Shown: piece after piece, positions 9,173 through 16,900 of the stretch
How the letters are laid out: each line of letters opens with the position of its first letter
Position numbering within the stretch: the stretch's first letter is position 1
Source: an uncultured Caldilineales bacterium
GTDB lineage: Bacteria > Chloroflexota > Anaerolineae > JAAEKA01
NCBI GenBank assembly: GCA_937907455.1
Contig: CALESQ010000079.1
Coordinates: 1-64,000, forward strand
DNA: 64,000 nucleotides
Direction: 5' to 3'
Notes under the pieces: model-generated
What the model was told of the DNA's origin: nothing
The model's database searches: none
Seen by the model: the letters and a program-made list of their open reading frames with translations, nothing else
Program-made: the position numbers and the translations under genes

Positions 9173-9451
9173 ATGGTCAATGCCATTGTGCTGTTTAACG
9201 TCGAGCGCGGCCACGTCAACGCGGTGGCGCAGCAGTTGGTGGCGCTGGACGGCGTCACCGAGGTGTTTTCGGTGGCGGGACGCTACGATCTGGTGGCGGT
9301 GTTGCGCACGGCCAGCAACGAGCAGATCGCCGACCTGGTGACGCGCGCCATCATGCAGATCGAACACATCACGCACACGGAGACGCTGCTGGCCTTCCGC
9401 ATGTTTTCAAAGTACGACCTGGAGGCGATGTTCGCGGTGGGGATGGAGTGA
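9173..9451 (+). CDS. AsnC/Lrp-type ligand-binding (RAM) domain protein; stand-alone small regulator.
   Basis: 92 aa. VLFNVERGHVNAVAQQLVALDGVTEVFSVAGRYDLVAVLRT is typical of the AsnC C-terminal (RAM) domain. Confidence 0.65.
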   Translation: MVNAIVLFNVERGHVNAVAQQLVALDGVTEVFSVAGRYDLVAVLRTASNEQIADLVTRAIMQIEHITHTETLLAFRMFSKYDLEAMFAVGME

Positions 9452-9455
9452 GGAG

Positions 9456-9570
9456 GAGACAAGTACACAAGGTGACAGGTAGACAGGTAGACAGGTAGAC
9501 AAGTACACAAGGTGAGAAGGGCGGAGGCTTTGTTTCCTTGTCTACTTATTCCGTGTCTGCTTGTCTGCTC
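9456..9570. repeat. Intergenic micro-repeat. GACAAGTACACAAGGTGA flanks (CAGGTAGA)x3, followed by an inverted partial copy (cttgtctacttattccgtgtctgcttgtctgc).
   Basis: Direct reading of 9456-9570, which lies between the convergent AsnC-type and IMPase genes. Confidence 0.8.
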
Positions 9571-10349
9571 GTTATCCTCTGCAACAGCGGCTCGATCAGC
9601 GCGGCGCGCGCGGCGAGGATCGGTTCGGGCGCGGCGCGGCCATCCAACAGCGGGGTGATCTCCACGGCTGCGCCGGAGAGGTAGCGCAGTTCGATGCCCA
9701 AAGCACTCAGCAGCGGCCAAACACCAGCCAAATCCCATAGCCTGACCGGACGCAGCAGCGCGCCCACCGCCGCGCCGCGGCCTACATAGACCAGATGCGC
9801 CGCCGCGCTGCCCAAACTACGCAGCCGGGGGTAGTCAATAGTGTAAAGCTGATGCCAGTTCGACGGCACAGCCAGAAACGCGGTGCGATCCTCTAACCCG
9901 AGGGCGGGCGGCAGCAGACGGCGGCCATTCAGAAACGCACCGCGGGGGTGGCCGGTGTACAACTCGCCCACGGCAGGCAGATAAAACGCACCAGCGACGG
10001 GAACGCCCTGCTGCAAAATCCCCACGGAGATACCCCACACCGGCAAACCACTCAAGTAAGCGCGGCTGCCGTCCAGCGGATCGAGCACCCAGGTGACCGC
10101 GGGATCGTCGCCGCCCAGGTTGCCCTCCTCGGCCAGAATGCGCTCGGCGGGGAAACGGCTGCGGATGCGCGCAGCCAGCAACGCCTCAATCTGCTCATCC
10201 ACCGCGCTCACCGGCGTGTGATCGGCTTTGTCGCGCACGGCAAGATCGGCGCGACGCGCAGCCAGTGCCATGCGCCCGGCCTGCCTGAGCGTCGGCGTGA
10301 TCCAACGCAACAGCCCGCGGACAGGGAGGGACAAAGCGTTTGTTGGCAT
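9546..10349 (-). CDS. Inositol monophosphatase family protein (SuhB/CysQ-like phosphatase).
   Basis: WVLDPLDGS (compare W.IDPIDGT) and WDLAGVWPLL (compare WD.AAG). Its start lies 2 nt downstream of the stop of the AAA-wHTH gene. Confidence 0.8.
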   Translation of the reverse strand: MPTNALSLPVRGLLRWITPTLRQAGRMALAARRADLAVRDKADHTPVSAVDEQIEALLAARIRSRFPAERILAEEGNLGGDDPAVTWVLDPLDGSRAYLSGLPVWGISVGILQQGVPVAGAFYLPAVGELYTGHPRGAFLNGRRLLPPALGLEDRTAFLAVPSNWHQLYTIDYPRLRSLGSAAAHLVYVGRGAAVGALLRPVRLWDLAGVWPLLSALGIELRYLSGAAVEITPLLDGRAAPEPILAARAALIEPLLQRITSRQADTE

Positions 10350-10351
10350 CG

Positions 10352-11713
10352 TCAGGAGACGGCGTTCTCTGGCGTGTCCACCAGCCGGTAGCCATGCCCG
10401 CGCACGGTGAGCAGGTAGCGCGGTTGCGTCGCATCCGGCTCGATGGCGCGGCGCAGGTGGCGCATCAGCGAGTCAATGCGGTTTTCGCTGCCGGCCTTGT
10501 CAGGATCAAGCGCCTCGGTGGGGTATAACGCGGCCAAAATCTCATCACGGCTGCACACCTGGCCCAGCCGACGATAGAGCAGGCGCAGCAAGTCGTATTC
10601 CAGCTTGCTGAGATCGGCCAGGCGGCGGCCCTCCACCCACACCACGGCCGCGGCCTCGTCCAGCCACAGCCCGCGGTGGCTCAGCGTGCCTTTCTCCAGC
10701 ACGAAATGATGAAACACCGGCGAGAAAAAGGTCGGCTGCTCGCTGTTCTCGTCGCGAATTAAGCCTTTCAGCGCCAGCAATTCACGCGGGGTGTACGGCG
10801 CGCCGATGCCCTGGGCGAGGCGGCTCAAGGCCAGGCGCTCATCCTCGGCCAGGCCCTGCCACAGCTTGCGGTATTCTTCTGCGACCGCGGGCTGAGCCAG
10901 CGCCCAATGCACCTGCGCGTCTGCATCCGCGGGTAACTCGGTGCGCGCCAGCACATCAGACAACGCCACCAGCGAACCGGGGTGTCCACCGCTGAGACGC
11001 AGCATGGCGGCGATTTCGGCCTCGCTCCAGGCGCGGCCACGGCGCGCGGCGATCTGTGCAACCACCTGCCGCGCGTCCACATCGTTGTAGGGCTTCAAGC
11101 CAAGCACCGAGCGCGACAGCAACTCGTAGAAGCCTTCACTGTCCGCGCGGTCACGCAGGCGGCCCGGATGATCGCGCAGCATCAGCACAAAGCACACCTG
11201 ATAGCGGTCGTTGTCGCGCAGGGCGCGCAGATTGGCCAGCGCGGCCGCGGGCAAGGTGCGGTAGCTCTCGTCGAACTCGTCGAGGATGAAGCACAGGCGC
11301 AAACCATGCTCACGGCACAGGGTGCGCGTGGCCAGCTCCAAATGACGTTGCGCCAGCAGCGCGTCGCGGCGGGTAATTGCCTCTGCACGCAGCGCGTTCA
11401 GCCATTCGCGCGCGTCCGCGGGGACGCGGTTGCCCACGCCCTCGATCAGCGCGGTGAGCAGCAGCTCGTACAGGCCCCAGTCGCTTTTCTCGGCCAGGCG
11501 GTTGCAGTCCGCCAGCAGCAGCGCGGTGTGGAGCGCAGCCTCGCTCAGGTAGTGCTGCTGCACCTCCGCGCGCTGGAGGAAGAGCAGCAGCCGCGACTTG
11601 CCCATGCTGGCCGAGCCGATGATGGCCGCGGACTCGCCGCCGCGCAGGAGGTCAAAGAGGGGCGCGGCGATTTCGGCACGAAAAGAAAGGGGGTAATCGG
11701 TTAAAACAAGCAT
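10352..11713 (-). CDS. N-terminal AAA/STAND-like P-loop ATPase fused to a C-terminal OmpR/PhoB-type winged-helix DNA-binding domain.
   Basis: Walker A GSASMGKSRLL and Walker B LCFILDEFDE. C-terminus LSKLEYDLLRLLYRRLGQVCSRDEILAALYP...RIDSLMRHLRRAIEP...YLLTVRGHGYRL (trans_reg_C). Confidence 0.75.
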   Translation of the reverse strand: MLVLTDYPLSFRAEIAAPLFDLLRGGESAAIIGSASMGKSRLLLFLQRAEVQQHYLSEAALHTALLLADCNRLAEKSDWGLYELLLTALIEGVGNRVPADAREWLNALRAEAITRRDALLAQRHLELATRTLCREHGLRLCFILDEFDESYRTLPAAALANLRALRDNDRYQVCFVLMLRDHPGRLRDRADSEGFYELLSRSVLGLKPYNDVDARQVVAQIAARRGRAWSEAEIAAMLRLSGGHPGSLVALSDVLARTELPADADAQVHWALAQPAVAEEYRKLWQGLAEDERLALSRLAQGIGAPYTPRELLALKGLIRDENSEQPTFFSPVFHHFVLEKGTLSHRGLWLDEAAAVVWVEGRRLADLSKLEYDLLRLLYRRLGQVCSRDEILAALYPTEALDPDKAGSENRIDSLMRHLRRAIEPDATQPRYLLTVRGHGYRLVDTPENAVS

Positions 11714-11715
11714 GT

Positions 11716-13938
11716 TCAGGCAGGGGTTAGGTTAGGATCAGAAGGAGTTGATGCTTTTAGCAATTTTTCCCACGACAACTCAATGCCTTCCGGATCGGCA
11801 AAATCAACATAAACCAGATAGGCAATGCGCAGGGGAAGCTCAACTTTTTCCTTGCGCAAGGGGACAAAGCGCCGTTCTCGATTAGCAGAATCAAGTGTCT
11901 GTAACATCAAATTCTCGAATTCCGTCCAACCGCTATCCATGTAATTTTGTGTGAGTATAGCCACAGTTTTTCGGCTTGTCTTAATTGCACGTTCCATTTC
12001 AATGACACTAGGCGCGCCTGGCTCAAAGTCAATGAAGTCAATACAAACCTTGAGATTGGCAGCTTTCAACCGCGGCAATAACTCAGCAACCACCCAGGCG
12101 CGATCCTTTGAACTGTAAGAAATAAAAACATCATACTCAAAGGACGAAGTTGTCGAGACAGAAGGTGATGATTGAGATGGAAATGATGGCTTCTTTGGAT
12201 TGCTCCAACTCTTGGGGGGCCAAGCATCATTTTGCCCGCTGTCCAGACTGCGACAAGTTGTGCCGCCTAACAGAGCGCATCGCTCATCCAGTGGAAGATC
12301 ACCCTCTTCTATTGGGTTATCTTCCTTCCGCATAGGCAAGGTTAAACGAAATGCTGTATTCAGCAGCAACGCCCAACGGTAAGGCCTGGTATCATCACCG
12401 GTTGTTGCTTTAGCGTGTTTACGGATGGTTTTAATGGCCTCAAAAGCCTTCACTGTATCGGTGCTAGCTCCTGAAGGCAAATCTGGCTCCCAAAATTTTA
12501 CTGGGTCTGACGAAAGCAGGTTAACGACAAGATGCAGAAACTCTGAAACCTTCGTTGCAAGTACCCGAAGAAGACGGGTGAGTATATCTATTTCTAACTC
12601 AACCCAATCGGCAAAAATCGGACCTGGGCCGGAGCGTTCGAAATCAATCAACCAAAGCTGCTTGGTTGTTTCATCTATAAAACAGTTGTCGGCCTGGAGA
12701 TCGCCGTGGATAACACACATTGGAATTGACTTGGGGCTATAGTCTTGGGAAACTATATAACCATTGGTTTCGCTGGCTTGTTCTAAAGCAATTCGTTGTT
12801 TTAGCCACGTAATTGGATCTGGGAGTTTTAGTTGCTCGCTAAACCAGGCTTGAAACTCAGGCGATACCTTTTCTAAAGCGCCTGCTGATGCACCGAAACG
12901 GTTGTGCCAGTTGTTGCCCCATAATGCTCTGTAAGCTTGATAAAGAGTTACTTTATTGTCGCCTTTTTCCTTTTTTGCATCATAGTAACTCTTCCACCCG
13001 GATCCGAAGTTGTTTAATACAGTGCAGATGTCTTCTGCCTGCCTTTCTTGATAATAGATGCGAAACAGAGCACCCACATCCCCAACATTCAAATAGCGAG
13101 TACCTTGGACATCCCATAAAACAGCTTCTGATTTCAGAGTAGCATAATACCTCAATGGAAATTTATCTTCCACGTACTTCTTATAACGAGTTGATTCATC
13201 ACGCGTCGGATCTGTTCGCACGATCTTGACAATATCGGAAATTGCGTTCCCATCTCGGTTAATCCGAATAACTACTGAACGCGGACGAACGCTACCTGCA
13301 CTGGGAAAACGATCATCGCTTTCTAAAGAATGGACTGCTAGCTGCTGGGCATCAGGATATAATTTCCAGAGGAGATCTTCTATTTCATCCACAGGAACAT
13401 CATCTTGATCAGGGAAAAGGCGTTTAATTAACTGTTCCGAGCCACCAATACTAAATGGCCATTTAATAAGCTCTTTTGTAAAGCGCCCCCAGTACTGGAG
13501 CTTTACTTCTTCAATAGTTTTCTCAAGCTCCTCAGGACCACTTTCCTTACCAACAAAGTCATAAGCGCGTAGGGGTACATCAGGTGGTGATTTGATAGCT
13601 GCACGCACGGTATCTTTGTCACCGTATCCGCTCACAATAATAGACACTGTAGGAGCGAGATGAGAAACAAGTTCCAAGCCTGTCCGATCAGTGGGATCAC
13701 CATCGCTTCTGAGCCGCATATCCACAAGAGCAATATGACATCGGTAATCATGCGCCTTTTTGATAGCGTCATCCCAAAGCGCCTGAAACAGATTGTCAGC
13801 GTCTTCGGGCGCTTCAGCCGCGTACGCTTCGTAACCCCAATCAGCAAGATTTTTGAGATGATCTTGTCGCCATTGCGGATCGTTCTCCACCACCAGAACA
13901 CGCGGCAGGTTCTCTTTACCCTTAGTATTGTCACTCAT
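11716..13938 (-). CDS. Three-domain protein: response-regulator receiver (REC), protein-kinase-like (APH/choline-kinase-type) phosphotransferase domain, and a C-terminal TIR domain.
   Basis: REC: RVLVVENDPQ...HIALVDMRL...VSIIVSGYG...AYDFVGK. Kinase-like: IHGDLQADNCFID (HGDLhxxN catalytic loop) and LWLIDFERSG (DFG/IDWE equivalent). TIR: YDVFISYSSKD (beta-A), DFEPG (BB-loop P-G) and SGWTEFENLM (the W-x-x-x-E glutamate used by NADase TIRs). Confidence 0.8.
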   Translation of the reverse strand: MSDNTKGKENLPRVLVVENDPQWRQDHLKNLADWGYEAYAAEAPEDADNLFQALWDDAIKKAHDYRCHIALVDMRLRSDGDPTDRTGLELVSHLAPTVSIIVSGYGDKDTVRAAIKSPPDVPLRAYDFVGKESGPEELEKTIEEVKLQYWGRFTKELIKWPFSIGGSEQLIKRLFPDQDDVPVDEIEDLLWKLYPDAQQLAVHSLESDDRFPSAGSVRPRSVVIRINRDGNAISDIVKIVRTDPTRDESTRYKKYVEDKFPLRYYATLKSEAVLWDVQGTRYLNVGDVGALFRIYYQERQAEDICTVLNNFGSGWKSYYDAKKEKGDNKVTLYQAYRALWGNNWHNRFGASAGALEKVSPEFQAWFSEQLKLPDPITWLKQRIALEQASETNGYIVSQDYSPKSIPMCVIHGDLQADNCFIDETTKQLWLIDFERSGPGPIFADWVELEIDILTRLLRVLATKVSEFLHLVVNLLSSDPVKFWEPDLPSGASTDTVKAFEAIKTIRKHAKATTGDDTRPYRWALLLNTAFRLTLPMRKEDNPIEEGDLPLDERCALLGGTTCRSLDSGQNDAWPPKSWSNPKKPSFPSQSSPSVSTTSSFEYDVFISYSSKDRAWVVAELLPRLKAANLKVCIDFIDFEPGAPSVIEMERAIKTSRKTVAILTQNYMDSGWTEFENLMLQTLDSANRERRFVPLRKEKVELPLRIAYLVYVDFADPEGIELSWEKLLKASTPSDPNLTPA

Positions 13939-16900
13939 GATTTCGCTCCTGAATTACTTGGCTTAGATGGCAGGCGGATAGCGAACAAAGCCCCTTGACC
14001 TTCAACGGCTGGGTAGAGATGGATGCGCCCGTTCATTGTTTCGATCAATGATTGGGCAATCAGTAAGCCAAAACCACTGTTTTGCTGGGTGTCGTCATTC
14101 TTTTTGGTCGAAAAGGGTCCGCGCAAAAGGTGTCGCCGCGCTTCAAAATCAAGACCAGGGCCGTTGTCCTGAATTTGCAGTTCCACTTGCTCAGAGGAAA
14201 GACGGTGGACGCGCAACGTGATTTGCTTAACAAGGGTTGTCGCCAGCGCTTCGGCTGCATTGCGCAATAGATGGCGTACAGCGCGCCAGGTTTGTTCTTT
14301 GTAGGCATAAACGACATGATCTTCATCGTCGGCAAAGGTTATCTTTACGTCGGAAGCGTTCGTGATGCGCCAGTGACGCACTCGGGGTTCGAGGAATTCT
14401 TTCAAAAAAAATCCGACCGGATCATTTCGTTCTATGTGCGCGTCACGCACAGTGTCTGCCAATTGCCCTGCGCGTCCGTCAATCTCTTTAGCCCAATCCA
14501 CTTTTTGATCTGCGGTAGCCCTGGTATCTGTTTGCAGCCAGCCCGCACGATTGCGAATATAGCCCACCTCGCTGTTGATGTCATGAGCAATATCAGCCGC
14601 CCAGGCCATCGCGCCGGCCACTGAAACGCGACTCTGTGCCAATGCAGCATGGCCTAAGCGGTCAAGCGCCAAAGCAACTTGTTTGGCTGCCATTTCAAAA
14701 AGTCTCTCGTCGTCTTCACCAAAAGCATTCGGTGTGTCACTCTTGATCACCAAGACCCCGATCAGCTTATCGTTGCTGCCCAATAAGCCAGCGCATAGCT
14801 CAGACTGTGTGTTTGAGTTGACTTCAACATATATGCCCTTGTACTTCTCGTCATGAACGTTTTTGACGTTTTCTATGATGATTTTCTTCTCGTTAAGGGA
14901 ACGTCGGGCTACCTCGCAGGTGATCCCTTCGCCGTCAAGGGGTAAACGGACACGGTGCTGATATTCAGGTATTGTAGGCTGATAAAATTCCCTTGCCACC
15001 TTGGGAAGCTCTAACACATCCTCGCGATCCTCGTAGAGCATAATATAAGGCGTTGCTGTAGGATCTTTGCGGCTAAACTCCTCTTTTAAGACGTTTAATA
15101 CGCCGCGCAAAACAGTGTCAAGGTCCAGGCTGGCTCCTGCGGCGGTGGCAACCCTCAAGGCAGTCTCAAATCGTTGCTGTCGCTGCTGTGCCAATTCCAG
15201 CGTTTGCGCATTGTGGATGGCGGTGGCAGCAGCGTCGGCAAAGGCGGTGAACAAGGCCCGCTCAGTAGCCAAAAACTCATGACGTTTGCGATAATTTAAG
15301 AATAATGCTCCAATTGCAGCAGATTTGGTACCGAAGCGCAAGGAAAGTGCCGCAGTTGAGAAAATGCCCTCCTCGCGCGTAAAGTCTCCATCTAAGACGG
15401 AGCCGTTCTCTATAACCGAAGCAAACAAAGGATTAGGGCGCTCCATCACGGTTTTCACCAGGTGATCACTGGTTCTGCTGCCACGATGTTTTTCGTTTTG
15501 TACATTCCATTGCGGCCCTGAAATCAGCTTGTCTTTGTCTTCTGCATCGGTATACCACATGGTGATGCAATCCAGTTCCGGCGCCACCTTGCGGGCATAC
15601 GCGACGATGGCGTCGAGGGTTGTGGCTAAGTCCATAGATGCAGACACGGTAGCAATCGTCTGCGCCATGGTTTGCAGATCACTGCGGGTGCGTACGCTAT
15701 CCAACGCCAACTCGCAGGCCCGGCCCAAGCGCTGTAAGCTCTCTTCATCCAGAGTGCTGAAGGATGCTTTCTTGTCTGATTGGCGGACGGCCAATGCGCC
15801 GATGGCTTTTTCACCGGTGCGCAGCAGAACAATTAAATCATTCTTGTTGCGGTGTAAAGGCTTGTTTTGCTCCAAAACCTGGCCAATCGCTCCAGCATGG
15901 ATTTCGCTAGACAGCGAGCGCAGCTCGCCTTTTGGGGTGAGATGATAATCGCGGCGCATTTGCTTGCGCTGTTCCCCTTCTCCTTCCCAGTGAGCTATAG
16001 CCAGAGTAGTTTTGACTCGGTGATCGAACAGGTCTGCAGTATTCGATAGAATGGAGCGTCTTAACTTTTTCTCATCCACATCGGAGGCCAACGCTTGAGC
16101 TTGAATGTTCGCGATCAGTTGCATGCTAAGCCGTTGCCGTTCCATGCCATGCTCAGCTTGGACGCGCCCATGTTGTTCCTGCCCGAATTCACGCGCATAG
16201 CTAATGACCGTAGCGCCAATTGTCGCCAGATGTTCGGAGCGGGCAATGTCCTCTTCGGTGAAAGATCGCGGTGTACGATAGTCAAAATAAATCACACCCA
16301 GCGGTTCTGCTGTCAAGGCTTTGCGCATGGGAACGGCTATCATTGCTTTGACACCTTCACGCTTGACAAATGAATGTTCAGCGAGGCGCTTGCCCCCAAA
16401 CTTTAGCGTAGAATGATCAACGTCAGCTACCACCAGATTACCAGATTGCAAGACCGAAAAGGTGACGCCTTGTTGGCGCGGTTTGTTTTTAGAGATGAAA
16501 TCATCACCGTGGTTCAAGCCACGATGGACAACGTTGTTCAAGTCATAAGCGCCTGTTTCAGCCAGATAGGGATAAATCACAATACTGTTCGCTGACATGA
16601 TGGAATCAGCGGATTGGTCACACAGGTCTTGCAAGCTCTCTTTTAAGGGTCGCTGGGCTGCCCGCTCGGTGATGCGCCGGTTGAGTGCGAGGATGTTTTC
16701 ATACTTTTCGCCAAGCAGGCGACTTCGGTTTCTTTCCTGTGCCTGCTGCCATTCAGTCATGGCCTGCGCCAGCAATTCTTCCACCTTGCTCAGATCGCCA
16801 TGACGAAGGGGCTCGCCGTCAAAAGCGTTGTCTACCCACAAAACCCCGATGACTTTGCCACCCTGTTTGACCGGCAGCAAGGCGCAGTCGTAGTCTGTTG

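Noticed and set aside
10982-11704. Plus-strand ORF of 240 aa, plus many other 60-200 aa ORFs antisense to the HK/TIR/AAA genes (for example 15529..15945 and 18357..18800).
   Set aside because: They are antisense shadows inside well-supported minus-strand genes and show no domain signatures.
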